Positions 12,761 through 26,639 are shown, counted from the stretch's first letter. The stretch is DNA of 64,000 nucleotides from Octopus sinensis (GCF_006345805.1 NC_043018.1:5270001-5334000); one strand, 5' to 3'. Notes: generated by a model not told the origin, from the sequence alone. Translations and numbers: made by a program.

Positions 12761-13438
12761 ATCGTCGTAAACACTCAACTACTGATGGCTGCTTACGTAT
12801 GTGGTCAACTTCGTTAACTGAATTACAACGATGCATAAATAAATTTGCATTATTTTAATTCAACCTTATTTGAATGAGTTTTTTCTGTGTGTTTGTGTGC
12901 TTGCTTTTCACTACATTAGGATAAACATTTAAATGTCTTTTGCTTTATTTTTGTTTTGCTTTGTTTCCAGCTTTAGAATATTTATTTACAAGCCTAAACT
13001 CTAAAATACTAGCAACAATAACAACAATGATAACAACAACGATAACACTCAAAATGTACGAAGCAAAAAAAAAAATAGAGAGAGAAAAGGAAAGAAAAAA
13101 AGAAAATTTGAGAAGAAAAAATACGGGGAAAATATTCAAATTGCTTTAAAAATTTCATATTCTTAAAACCTTAATTTCTAACAGAAACAAAAATGAAAAT
13201 AAGAAAAGACAAATGAATCAACCACAAAGAATAAACAACAAAAAGACGAATTAAAATACGAAATGGAAAAATATTAAAAAAAGGAATGAAAATTATTAAA
13301 ATAAAATATAACAAAAAGCGTAACAAAAACAAAGCAAGAAAGAAAAACGACCAAATTGAATAAAAATAAGAAGCAATAAAAATAACATGAAAAAAGCATT
13401 AACAGAAACGGAACAAGATATGCATGTATATATATAAT

Positions 13439-13489
<51 letters not shown>

Positions 13490-13493
13490 ATAC

Positions 13494-13561
<68 letters not shown>

Positions 13562-13724
13562 ATATATATATAATATATATATATGTATGTATATTTATGC
13601 ATATATGCATGTGTTTTTTTTTGGGGTGGGGTGATGTTTAGCCAGGAAACTGTAATAAACTAGAGGAAAATATTACAATATACAAATTTGATGCAAACAT
13701 ACATGCTGATAGTATTAATAATTA

Positions 13725-13725
13725 T

Positions 13726-13778
<53 letters not shown>

Positions 13779-13958
13779 GAAGAAGAAGAAGAAGAAAAGA
13801 AGAAGAAGAAGAAGAAGACGAAGAAGAAGAAGAAGAAAAAGACGAAGAAGAAGAAGATGAAAACGATGATGACGTTGATGACGACGATGACGATGATAAT
13901 GATGATGTCGATGATGATGATGATAATGATGACGACGACGACGACGACGATGATGATA

Positions 13959-13989
<31 letters not shown>

Positions 13990-14095
13990 CGACGATGATG
14001 ACGATGATGATGATGATGATGATGACGACGATGATGATGAGGAGGAGGAGGAGGATAATGATGACGGCGACAGCGACGAAGGTAACGATGGTGAT
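13725..14095. repeat. Compound (AAT)-(AAG)-(GAT/GAC)-(GAG) microsatellite
   Basis: Direct inspection. Confidence 0.95.
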
Positions 14096-14929
14096 GATGT
14101 TTTACATAGTAAATTGAAAGAAAAAGCAAATTTGATAAAACGCAATAAATTGCATTTGTCAATAAATTGTTAGCGTTTCTGTTGTTGTTGTTGTTGTTGT
14201 TTATGTATTACACTTTTTTTTCTTTGACGAATATTTTTTCTTGTTTTGGTTAAATAGATTAATAATAATCCTTAGTAATTATCAAACCATCAATTGTTCA
14301 AACAGAATTAATCAAAGCAAGCTATGAATTTAGATGAGGGAGAGAGTAAGAGAGAGAGAGAGGGGGAGAAAGGGAGAGAGAGAGAAAGAGAGAAAGAGAG
14401 TAAGAGAGAGAGAGAGAGAGAGAGAGATAATGTAGGAAGGAGGAAGAGGCAGAAAAAGAAAGTAAAATGGAGAGAAAAAGTAAAATACAAAAACCAAACA
14501 AAAACGAAGAGAAAAATCGAAGAAAAATTTTATTTGATCAATATTTTTAGTTGTTTAATGATTCAGTATTTTTTTTTCCTGATTACTGTTTGTTTTTATT
14601 GAAATTATTAGAGCAAGTCCGCCAGATCTTTTAGTCGTGTATTAAAATTTCAAGTTATTAATTTTTTTTACTATCGTGAAGGTATATGTACGTGTGTGTG
14701 TGTGTGTGTGTGTGTGTTGTGTGTGTAGCTATGAAGTGGAGCAGGGCAGATCTACAGAAAGAGAAACGAAGGGTTTTGTGCGTGTATGTGTGTGTGCGAG
14801 AGAGAGAGAGAGAGAGAACGAGAGAGAGAGAGAGAAAAAGACAGAGAAAGATTGAGGTGTTGATAAAAAAAGGCAGTGTATAAACAGAAGATGACCTAAA
14901 TATGCAGAAGGACCAATTAAGAACCCTTA

Positions 14930-15340
14930 CCCTCTTGTGTAGAAAATTCTTACGAAATGGAATAAATATGTAGTACACTCGGACCCAAGAGTTTCATGGA
15001 ATTAGCCTCTTTGCTGATCATCTTTGAATGGTTTAGATACGGCTGAAGCCACTTTCCAGTCCGCACTTTGTTGTACCTGACTTCAACTACAATTTTTCGG
15101 TTGTCACTCTGCTCTTCCTTAAGAAATATTGGAAGAATATTGGGCCTGATTTGGCAGATCTTTTGTTTAAGATAGCAATTGGGTGACAAATTATGTGATG
15201 TTTTTCAGTAAGACATTGTTTACATCACTCAGACAAAATCCTGGATGCTTTTCAGCTAGTATTGTCCAGAATATATTGATCGTCCCAACATAATATGTGG
15301 GATACCAAATTCAGGGTGTCACATACCAGTGAATATTCTA
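14930..15340 (-). mobile_element. Possible highly decayed CR1/L2-group LINE C-terminal fragment
   Basis: Weak motifs WDDQ..KASRILS, I*TIQR*SAKRLIP and F..RVRVLNW resemble the CR1 RT C-terminus. Confidence 0.35.
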
Positions 15341-15479
15341 TTATTTTTGGCAACATTTAAATCAGTTCTCCATAAGTGACAAAATGCTATCAGTCGGTTG
15401 TATTTTCCACAAATTTACTTTTAAATTTTGACATTAAAATTATCGACACTTGTATGGGCACATATATGAACATGCTTTC

Positions 15480-15563
<84 letters not shown>

Positions 15564-15630
15564 GTCTGTCTGTCTATCTATCTATCTGTCTGTCTATCTA
15601 TATACATCTATATATCTGTCACTTAATTTA

Positions 15631-15663
<33 letters not shown>

Positions 15664-17144
15664 GTATGTATGTATATATATATATATGTGTGCTGGCATG
15701 TACACAAGCACATAGAAATATGCACATGTATTTATAGGTAGACAACCATTTACACAAATAAACTTATGCACATACATGCTCGAAAAACGTAAAAAAATTG
15801 GTTCATGGATTAAGAATACTTTACAGAGCGCTGGTTAACGCCACTTTTGGTTTCATTCCAATTCTTTAAGATTTGAGTCTCTTAGTCAGATGTTGCGGAC
15901 ATGCTTGCAACTTGCCGATAGTGCACTGTGAGGTCGCATGTGTTCAAAGACCCATTTCAATGTCGTATCTGGCGTCTTATTACGACTAGCATGTTAAAAA
16001 ATTGTTTTTTTTAATGGACGTGTTTTATTGATGAACAGAAGTGTTACATTCATGCAACATAGAAAAAATAATTTGATTCGGTAAATTCAGGTAAGAATTA
16101 GCTATTAGAACTCCGCAAGAACAAGTACATCGTGTCAAGTTCTGTCGGGTGGGCCGAGTCATCTGGTGCTATTTATTTGTTCTTGAGAAGTTCTAATGGC
16201 TAACTCTTACCTATATTCACCCTATGAAAATATTTTGCTTTGCATGATGCAAAATTTCTGACCATCAATGAAAAATGTTTGAAACATCTGTAGTGAACCA
16301 CAATCCACCTGTTGTTATTGTTTATATATGTGTGTGTGTGTGTCTGTGTGCGTGTGTATACGTAATGCATATGGATGTATACATGCATGTGCATATATAT
16401 AAATACATGTATACATACATGACGACACACAAAAACACAGTCTATGTGGCAGACCTTTCTGTACGCGTATGTCCGTAGGCTTTAATTATCCTGATGTCAA
16501 TGACGATGATGATAATGACTGTGATGGTGGTGGCACCGATTATGATTGCAATAATTGTGAGGCTAATGAAGAATGTTAATGAACGATGAGATGATGAAAG
16601 TGAAGTGGTGCCGCTGCTAATGCTGCTGCTACTACAGCTTCAACTACTGCTGCTGCTGATGATGATGATGTTGATGACAAGAAACAGGTCTTCCTCTTCT
16701 TCTTTTTGTTGTGCAGCCCCTCACTTCACCCGCCAAACCAACTACACATCCAAATTAACCCCTCACACACACACACACACACACAGGCACATTGCTGCCA
16801 TAATAGGCATTCTTAGTCAAGGATCTCCTCCTCTTTTGATATTTGGTAGACTCAAAGAAATGTTCTGATAAACACTGAGAAATTCCAAAGCCTTTTTAAA
16901 GGATTAGTAGCAATGTGAAGATTTCGTGTATTTGTTTGCGAGGTCGTACATCGATACACCTCAACCCTAACAGATACCTGCCCAAACTTGATAGTAATTA
17001 TATTCTCCACCACTCCCATCATCACTGTCATCATCATCATCATCATCATCGTCTTCATCGTCACCATCGTCATCATCGTCACCATCATCATCATCATTAT
17101 TCTTAAAAAGGATTATTATTATTGTTGTTGTTGTTGTTGTTGTT

Positions 17145-17383
17145 AAGACAGTGAGCTAGCAGAATCGTTAGTCTGTTGGACGAAATACTCAGCGGTATTT
17201 CGCTCGTCGCTACATTGAGAGTTCAAATTCCACCTAGGTCGACTTTGCCTTTCAGCCTTTCAGCCTTTCAGGGTCGATAAATTGTGTACCAGTGAAACTC
17301 TGGGGTCAATGTAATCGACTTAATCCCTCCCCGCAAATTTCCAGCCCTGTATCTTTTGTAGAAAGGATTATTATTATTATTAT
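17145..17383 (+). mobile_element. SINE family A (tail type B, ends in (ATT)n)
   Basis: AAGACAGTGAGCTAGCAGAATCG..GTCGACTTTGCCTTTCA..CCCCGCAAATTTCCAGCC..GTAGAAAGGATTATTATT. Confidence 0.85.
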
Positions 17384-18165
17384 CACGTGCTTTCACTATA
17401 CTCCCGAGCGCAGCTCTAAGTGCCTTGGCTATATGCTGTGGTTTGCTTTGGTGCTCTTGGTTTCACTGGACTGAATGTGTTTTACGTAGGATGTATAAGG
17501 TGCCTAGTAATGCTATTTTCTGTAAGTTATATATATTCGTAAGTCCTGGTGTTTTGGTTATGTATTTGTATGTTTTTTTTCTTTTAATAATACCTGATGC
17601 ACCTATTATTATAGGGTTTGTTTCAGTTTTTAGGGCCCCACATTCGGGTTGTCTCTGTTTCAAGACATTTGTATTTTGAGAGTTTCTCTGTTTCTTTTAC
17701 AGATACATTGTCGTCTGTTAGGATCGATACATCGATTAGAAGGCATTTTTTATGATCTTTAACCACTTTATCCGGTCTATTAGTCTTGATTCCTCTATCC
17801 GTGTGTATTGGCATATCCCAGAATATGGTTGCTTTGCCATTTTCTGAAACTTTTCCTGGTTGTGCCTATACCATCTTTTTTTCTCTTCTCATTCCATTCT
17901 GTTGGCAAAGTTTCCAGTGAGGTGTCAACTGTGTCATGTCTTGATATATTCTTTGATATATTCTTTGTTAGCCAGGAATGGGCAGCTAGAGATAAGAGTT
18001 ATCGCTTCTTCCCCATCACCACATATCCTGCACTTACTTGTCTATTTCTTCATTATGGGTTTCTGGTGATTTCTGGTGGGAAGGCTTTGATCTTGCGCTG
18101 CATTAAACATCCCTCCGTTTCTGCTTTGAGACCTAAACGTCTCAACTATTGTTGGGATTCACATT
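17384..18165 (-). mobile_element. 5'-truncated R4/Dong-like non-LTR retrotransposon (zinc knuckle plus restriction-like endonuclease)
   Basis: LKAETEG..QDQSLPTRN, KCRICGDGEEAITLISSCP, WDMPIHTDRGIKTNRPDKVVKD..LLIDVSI, KYKCLE, PIIIGASG, QKIALLGT; stop at 17463; (TAA)n on both sides. Confidence 0.85.
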
Positions 18166-18216
18166 TGTTTATTATTATTGTTAATTATTATTATTGTTGT
18201 TGTTGTTATAATAATG

Positions 18217-18249
<33 letters not shown>

Positions 18250-18429
18250 TCATTGTTATTGTTGTTGCGGTTGTTGCTCCTTGTCTTCCGCTTAGTTTCT
18301 TCTCTTCGCCGTTTACATAAATTTCCCACACATTGTGCACTATCTTTGTAATATACCCCTAATGACGCCCTTTAGTCAAATAATATAATTTGTTATAGTA
18401 CTATTATCCTGAATAGTGGGCTAAAGGTA

Positions 18430-18545
18430 TCAGCAGCTGTAGTAGTAGTAGTAGTAGTAGTAGCAGCAGCAGTAGTAGTAGTAGTTTTTGTTGTTGTGTA
18501 GCAGCGGCCTCGGTGGTGGTGGTGGTGGTGATGTTGGTAATAGTG

Positions 18546-18578
<33 letters not shown>

Positions 18579-18728
18579 GTAGTAGTAGTAGTAGTAGTAG
18601 TATAGTAGTAGTAGTAGTAGCAGTAGTAGTAGCTGTAGTAGTAGTAGTAGCAATAGTAGTAGTAGTAGTAGTAGTAGTAGTAGCAGCAGTAGTAGTAGAT
18701 GTAGTAGTACCTGTAGTAGTATTAGTAG

Positions 18729-18773
<45 letters not shown>

Positions 18774-18800
18774 TAGAAGTAGTAGTAGTAGTAGTAGTCG
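18430..18800. repeat. Compound (AGT)/(AGC)/(ATT)/(GGT) microsatellite
   Basis: Direct inspection. Confidence 0.95.
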
Positions 18801-19964
18801 TGACATTGTTCTTTTAATTCATCGCCTCCCTGTTTATTTTTCTCTTAAATTCACTGGAAAGTCTATTAACAGAATTTTTAATCTTTAAAGAGTTTTCGAA
18901 ACGAAAGAACTAGCAAAATAAATGAATATGAAAAATATTTTTAAAATAAGAATAAAAGAAGCCACCCCCCTCCACAAAAAAAAAATTAATAATTACAATA
19001 ATACTTAAATATGATAAACAACAAAATCAAACAAACAAGGATAGTAAAATTAAAATTAACCTTTGTTGATTATAATTTGCATTTTAATTTCTTTGTTGTG
19101 TGTATATGAGTGAGACAGATAGAGCAATTGAGAGCGGGGAGGGGGTGAATTCGAGTGAGAGAGAGAGAGAGGGAGAGACAGAGACAGAGAGAAGTTAAAT
19201 TGAGGGAAAGAGAAAGAGTGATTGTATGATGTATTAGTGTGCAAGTTTTGGGAGTTTTAGATTTTGATGTTGTTTTTTGTGTGTGGTGTTTGTGTGCGGT
19301 TTGTTTGCGGAAACGTTGACATCGTTGCAATCACATCTCTGGTTTTAATAGCAACCTTCCTTCGTCGAAGTTCCTGGCATTATGCTGCTGTTGCTGTTGT
19401 TGCTGCATTTGCTGCTGCTGCTGCTGCTGCTGCTGTTGTTGCCCATATTTTATTCTAACACACAGAATATGAATTTACAGAGAAAGAAACAAAACGAAAA
19501 AAAAAAAAATTAAATAATAATGAAATAAAACAAATACAAGACACTAATAACATTTTTGTTTCAGAACTAAAAACAACAACAACAGCAACAACTTCAAAGA
19601 TCTTTTTTTTTTTTTTTTTTTTTGGTTTTATTTTGCGTTGAATAATTATATTAGAAGCAAGAGCGGAATTGGTGACCGCAGTAAAGAAGCATGGTGGAAC
19701 TAAAAAGCATTACGGTAATTTTTCCCTTTGATCATTTTAGTTCAGAGTTCAATTCCCCAGCGAACTGGACTTTGGCTTTCATCATGCCAACCGTATTTGT
19801 ACTAATTATGTACCAGTAATATACTTAATGATGGAGGATGCGTGGATGGGGTAATTGCGTTACAATTAAGAATATATGAGAGTCTGTGTACGAGCGTTTG
19901 TATGTATATAGGTATGTACATATGTATGTAGATATAAATATACATATATATATATATATATGTA

Positions 19965-20009
<45 letters not shown>

Positions 20010-20010
20010 T

Positions 20011-20043
<33 letters not shown>

Positions 20044-20265
20044 ATTTGTGTGTGTGTTTGTTTATTATGCCATGTTTATATAAAACCAATTTGGCATTAA
20101 AGTAAAGGATTACTCAATAACCGTTTTTAAAAGTATATATTAATTATCTCGTTAACAGAAAAGGTTGTCACTGAGTGTAGGAATCGACTTGTTCGCCGTT
20201 ACCAAACTGTGACGTGTAGCAAGACAAAACTTCGAAGTCGCTATCACCCTTTCCTTATAAATGCA

Positions 20266-20298
<33 letters not shown>

Positions 20299-21084
20299 CT
20301 ATCTTCTATCTTTCCAGTAACATCTTGCTTTTCCTTTCGTGAGACAGGCGCCGAATCACCAATCTGTGATTTCGATTTACTAGTAAGAACAGTCACATCT
20401 TACCTCCTATCACGCTATCATTTTTACGGAAAAGAACACTCTGGATAATGTAGTCCACGCTATACTATGTTTGAGAAAGAGTTCGATCGTGATAGAAATA
20501 TCTAAAATTATGAGACAACTTGTTCAGCACTAACATGGTGCTAAATATCAATGAAATATCAAATGACCCCGAAATTTCATTCCGACCTTTCATAATTATG
20601 ATTGCTGATTTATGTAGATCGATAGCAATTTTGTGACAAGAGGTGAGTCGATCCCGCTGAAGACAGTATGTGAGTGCTATTTTGTTTTATCGATATTGTA
20701 ATGAAGAAAACCAGATTTGACGTCGGCGATATTTGAAGCCAGAACGTAAAGCGTCAGAACAAATAACGCAAAACGTAGTATTTTACCGGTTGACGTAGTG
20801 GAGAGTGTAAACTGGCAGGGTAAGCATTCAAACATCAGCACAAGCTTTCAGGACCCTCATGAATTTCACAGTGGGCTATCTAGGTGTATTAGTCGAATTA
20901 CCCTTTTTTTCGCTATATATTGTGATCTGAAAACTTCAAATTGTTTGCCGGAAAATACAGTATTTTATTCGACATTTCAGTGGTGAAACCTGCTCAGCGC
21001 CTTAAATATTTTCTGATTTTAGTCACAAGAATCGCAGTTTTGAAGGGAGGGGCACGTTTAGTCACTACCATCCTACCCCGTTCC

Positions 21085-21310
21085 TTTATTCTTTTATTCT
21101 TTTACTAGTTTCAGTCATTTGACTGCGGCAATGGCGGAACACCGCCTTTAGTCGAACGGATCAGCCTCAGCACTTATTCTTTGTAAGCCTAGTACTTAAT
21201 GTAACGGTCACTTTTGCCGAGCTGCTAGGTTACGGGGACGTAAACACACTACCATCAGTCCTCAAGCGATGGTGGGGGAACATAGACACACATATTTATA
21301 TATCTATCAA

Positions 21311-21347
<37 letters not shown>

Positions 21348-21360
21348 GCATGTAGATGTA

Positions 21361-21401
<41 letters not shown>

Positions 21402-21417
21402 ATAGAAATTCGGGATG

Positions 21418-21448
<31 letters not shown>

Positions 21449-21652
21449 ATATATATAATATATATATATATATGTATATATATTTATATAAATATACGAC
21501 AGGCTTCTTTCAGTTTCCGTCTACCAAATCCACTCCCAAGGTTTTAGTCGGCCCGAAACTATAGTAGCAGACACCTGACCAAGGTGCCACGCAGTGGGAC
21601 TGAATCCGGAACCATGACATTGGGAAGCAAGCTCCTTACCACACAGCCACAT
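21085..21652 (-). mobile_element. Full-length tRNA-derived SINE family B with internal (TA)n array
   Basis: Minus-strand head GTGGCTGTGTGGTAAG (A box) ..GGTTCCGGATTCAGTCCC (B box); microsatellite at 21290-21490; 3' part ending GACTGAAACTAGTAAAAGAATAAAAG. Confidence 0.9.
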
Positions 21653-21655
21653 GTG

Positions 21656-21720
<65 letters not shown>

Positions 21721-21737
21721 CATACATACATACATAC

Positions 21738-21787
<50 letters not shown>

Positions 21788-21823
21788 TATATATATATAT
21801 GCATACATGTATGTATATGCATA

Positions 21824-21858
<35 letters not shown>

Positions 21859-21874
21859 CATACATGTATGTATA

Positions 21875-21930
<56 letters not shown>

Positions 21931-22384
21931 CATTTATTTCATTGTAATCTAATATTTGTGTATATTTTTATTCTGTGGCTAATAAAGGATTGTAAATGTT
22001 TTTTTAGCTTTTCTCAGAGTTTGTGTGTAGTCATTTGCTCTTAGCTTGTCTGTAATTAGTTGTCGCTTTTATTGTGGAAAATGATGTCAAAATTTATGCT
22101 AGATCTGATGGCCTGTCTGCATTCTAATGTTCCGTAGTAGTTTTTCCATTATCTTTATATATATATGAAGGTCCATATGACCACTACACAGTTTTTTTTG
22201 CCGAACGAGTTGAAGCTCAGTGACCAGGCGTACGTAGAGCATTTTTACTACTTTATTATGTGTAGGACCTTCCAAATATAGTGTGGCGTATTGTTTAAGA
22301 AATACGCTAAACAGACTGGTTCTTTTCTTTAACGTAAGACTTGCGACTATTCATATTGCTTTCAAATTTTGACACAAGGCCAGC

Positions 22385-22568
22385 AATTTCTGCTGGAAGG
22401 GGTTCAGTCAGTTACGTCGACCCCAGCGAATAACTGGTACGTATTTTCATTAGCTCTTGAAGGATGGAAGGTAAATCGGCCTTGGCGGAATTTGAACGGA
22501 GAACGTGAAAAGGGACAAAATACCGCGTTTTGCCTGGCTTACTTACGATTCTGCCTCTTCGCTGCCTT
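22385..22568 (-). mobile_element. Degenerate SINE family A copy
   Basis: Reverse complement reads AAGGCAGCGAAGAGGCAGAATCG..GTTCAAATTCCGCCAAGGCCG..GTACCAG..CTGGGGTCGAC. Confidence 0.65.
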
Positions 22569-23585
22569 ACTCTTCATTTCATTATAGCTTGTCGTGATAG
22601 AATTCTTATTTGGTAAATGTTGTTGATTCTGTTGCCCAATTAATTGTGAAGTTAATTACTTAAGCCTGTTATGTTAAGATGAGAGTCGATCGCTCAACAG
22701 GAGTATTACTTAAGCTTAGCGTCTATCCTCATAAGGAGTCGCTGATATGCTATGGAAACGGAGGTGAAGCCGATTTCCTTGGCGTATAAGTGAGATAACA
22801 ACGCTTCCCAAAGAACGGGACGCTGGTCCTTCTCAGGGTTAAGTTCATAGTCTTTTGCTAGAACTCAGTGGACTGAACGGGAAATGACACGGCATTGGTC
22901 AAAAATGCAACGCACCAACCAGTTCGAGAATCGGAACTACGATCATACGATTGTGAGGATAATAGTCCTGCCAAGGGGCCAGACGAATTCATAGGAGTAT
23001 TAGAAGTTGACGTATATTCGATCGGAACGCCAAAGTTGAGGTATAGTAGATATATATATGCGATCGGAACGCCCACTTTTCCAGCTATTAGACATTAGTT
23101 TTAACCTTTTGAAGCCACATGTGCACCTATGCGGGAGCGACTTCGTTTGATAATAATCCTGGAAAGCGAAAAAGCGAGCGGTTACCTGGATTTTATGTTT
23201 ACGGCTCATTAATTGGCATTAATAGCGATGTCAAACAATCGATGTTTAGTGAAATCCTGTCCGCTAAAGCTTACAAAGAGGTCGAAAAGTTTAAGTGGTT
23301 TAAAATTTACTTCAATTTCTTAGAGAGAACGTTGTTAATGAAACATAACTGAATCGCTGTGTTTCTTTTGGTTTAATATTTGTCCCGCTGCTTTCTGTTT
23401 TTTCATTTGTTTGAATAATCGGAAACGTGAAACCAAATGCATCGACTGAAAAAGCTTCAGCTTCGAATAATATGAACACCTTGTAAGGAAATAACCTCAT
23501 CTGTCTTCTTGTAGAATCGAAATCACCAAGGAAACCAAAGTAAGGAGCTAAAATAGTGTATAATATTAATATCTGTGTTTGTCTC

Positions 23586-23798
23586 TAAGATGGCGAGATG
23601 GCGGATTCGTTTTGACGCCGGGCAAACTGTTTAACGGCAGGTCGTACGTTCTTATGATCTGAGTTCTAATTACGCTGTGGTCGACTTTGTCCTTTATCCT
23701 TTCGGGTTAGATAAAATAAATACCAGTTGTACACTGGGATCGATATAACTAAGCTACCCGTCCCCCGCCATAAAACTGCTGTCAAGATTTGAGAAAAA
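23586..23798 (+). mobile_element. Degenerate SINE family A copy
   Basis: AAGATGGCGAGATGGCGGATTCG..TGAGTTCTAATT..GTCGACTTTGTCCTTTATCCTTTCGGG. Confidence 0.7.
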
Positions 23799-24165
23799 TC
23801 TCTCTATATATAAACGGCAGTTTGTCTGTGTGTGTTTCTGTGTGTCTGTTAGGTTGTACCCTGACCCTGACCACGGCTTTCAACCGATTCTGATTAAACT
23901 TGACACACACATAGCCCAATGTCATAATTCAAAACTAACGCAGCGAAAATTTTGAAAAGTTCCCCCAGTTCTGAAAAAATCGATAAATTCGACATGGGGT
24001 CGAGAATCAGAAACACAAACCACAGACTGTCTAGGGGACGCAACTCGACCTTTTTAACTAAAAAAAATTTACCATAATTTTTTTTCCATTTTTTGGCTAT
24101 AACTCTAAAAATGCTTTATAGTTATTTCCCTTACAAACCCGAGCAACGCCGGGCGATACTGCTAG
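23799..24165 (+). mobile_element. Non-autonomous Helitron
   Basis: Starts TC(TCTATATATAAA); hairpin CCCGAGCAACGCCGGG at 24138-24153; ends CTAG at 24162-24165 followed by T; flanks fit A|T insertion; 3' end shared with 28927-29563. Confidence 0.85.
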
Positions 24166-25406
24166 TGTTGATATATATTTCCTGAAACGACTGGTTGAAA
24201 CTCATCAGATCATTTCTAATTTTATGTCAATCGTTCTATAGCAGAATCGTGGAAGGTGCTTTGATCGTCCTTATTTACGATGTACAGAGATTATGGTCAA
24301 AACTAAATAGAAATTGATAAAAATAAGTTGTTCGACTGCAAATGGTGAGGTAGAGAAAAACAAGGATTGTAGTTCATAATAAAATACGAATGAAACTTGG
24401 TTCAATTCAGGAGATAATCCTGGCCAAATGATTCTTTAGATCGATGTTGTTAACTTAAAGCCAATCGTTCCTGCGTTTTGCGAATGCCATGATACACCAT
24501 ATTTTAGAATAGACTGCATTTATAGATGATCACATGAGTAGGAAACTTGCAGCATTATATAGATAACAGCGCTTATCTTTGCGAAATGGCTGCATGCAAT
24601 TAATGAACATTTCTTGAACTTTGTTATATGTCTAAAATAATATTCTTAGTTTGATTGACAACAAACGAAAGCAGTCCTGGATACGAACCGCTTAATAAAT
24701 GCTTCGTCATCAAACATGACTTGAAATGAAAACTCATAAGATTAGTTTTTATTGTAAAATTGAAGATGAACTGAGTTTTTTTTATTTTGTATTTTTTTTT
24801 ATTTTACTGTCATAACCTTATATTTTTCGCTGGCCATCTTGTGATAAGGCAGGAGTCTTTCTGCATTCGATGGGTTATTCTGTTCGTGAGCCAATTTATG
24901 GCATTACTATTCGCAGATGGTATTGCTTTATGTAAATGGCATCGCTTTCTGTAGATGGAGATGTAACTCTAATCGTACTAATCATACAATCAATTTGGAG
25001 AATGAATCTGTTAGTGAGTTCAGACTGATCTGTTAAATGAGTTCTGCTCACCTAAATCACAAAACGTTTTTTTGCTTATCTTCCTGCATGTGACTTCATT
25101 TCCATATAAAGCAACAATTGCATCTCTTTTATCAGATGTCAATCCATAAATTTGTAAAATATTGATATAATTCTCTATGTATTAAATGTCAGACAGAACA
25201 CGGAATTATGCAATATTTCGTCAATCCTGTATCATAATATGTCACCTAATTAATTTGTTACTAGCAAATATCTAGTAGATAATTAGGTTTTATCGAAGCG
25301 TATTCAACAAAATACTGAAATTCCGGTTCTGTTTTCAGCTTTTTGTCCAGCTTTTATTACATAACATTTCAGTAATATAGTTCAATATGTTATTTGTGAG
25401 ACCAAA

Positions 25407-25464
25407 TATATATTGAGATCTTGCTATCGATCACTATATATTGAGATCTTGCTATCGATCACTA
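25407..25464. repeat. Perfect 28-bp tandem duplication
   Basis: TATATTGAGATCTTGCTATCGATCACTA twice. Confidence 0.9.
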
Positions 25465-26249
25465 TCCACGGTATTACGATAGTTTTAGCATTCGTTCTAC
25501 TATCGAAAATTCCCTTTTTTCTTTCTTCATTCACTTAAGCACCCAATTCCAACACAGGCCATTTTTACTTACATTTATGGAATCAGAATAGTCGAGTTCC
25601 TTTGTTTATCAACTCGTCTGGTGTTTTCAATCATCAGCTACACTGGTCAGTCATTTTTTTTATTTTCAGTTTCTTGTCTTTTTCTACTTCAATGACCTTC
25701 TTAATTCCCTTTCATCAACAGCTTTCGTATTCCTGAGGGGACACTCACCGGAGAGCAGTTTCGTGCCACCCATGAAATCATTGTTAGAAGGGTTTCATCC
25801 TTCCTCTCTCGATGTATTACCGAAGATTTTTCAGATGCAAAAGCTTAAATATGACAAAGCATAGAAGGAAATGAAGGGGAAAAGTTTCACTGACTCACTG
25901 AAATATTACCTGGGATTTGTTACCTTATTTTCATTATTATTGAAATGAAATTCAACATGGTGTCATCAGATTGATATTCTTTTGGAATGATGATGCAGCA
26001 GGCAAATCAGAAACCTTGTAATCGATCCAGTGCAAGCGTGGATCTTTATGTCTCCTTTTTAATCACTCGATAACATTTTGGTAAGAAGAATGGTTGTCAG
26101 TTCTTCTACATAACTTGGGCACGCAATGTTTCGATGGCACAAGAATCGAATTATCTTAAAAACCACTTTGACAATACATTAGACAAATAGACATGTCTAT
26201 GTTATACGTAATGTTACCATAGTTAATGTATACACGTTATTGGTGGGTT

Positions 26250-26385
26250 AGTGAGGTCGACTTTGCCTTTGGTTCTTTCGAGGTCGATAAATTAAGTACC
26301 AGTGAAATACTGGAGTCGATGTAATCGACCCGTGCCATCCCCACCAAATTTTAGGCCTTGTGCCTAGAATAGAAAAAAAAATATT
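26250..26385 (+). mobile_element. 5'-truncated SINE family A (tail type B)
   Basis: GAGGTCGACTTTGCCTTT..CCCACCAAATTTTAGGCCTTGTGCCTAGAATAGAAAA. Confidence 0.8.
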
Positions 26386-26639
26386 GGTAGGTTAGTTATC
26401 GCTGTGTTTGTTCGGAGATAAAAGAATCACTCATAGTTGTGCTGTATTGAAAACAATTAATATGGGAGAGCGACAAAATATCGTCGCAGCCAACCGCATG
26501 CCTGGACGAGAACTCGTTGCTTTCAATACAGAAAACAATGAATAAAAACGTTCCCGTCCATTGTGAGTAGCCATTCGATCTATTTGGATTGTTATTCCTG
26601 ATTGCTGAAAAGAATGTTAAAAGTGGATGTCAATCGATA

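Noticed and set aside
16080-16100. Splice-donor-like CAG|GTAAGA
   Set aside because: No upstream acceptor with a credible reading frame.
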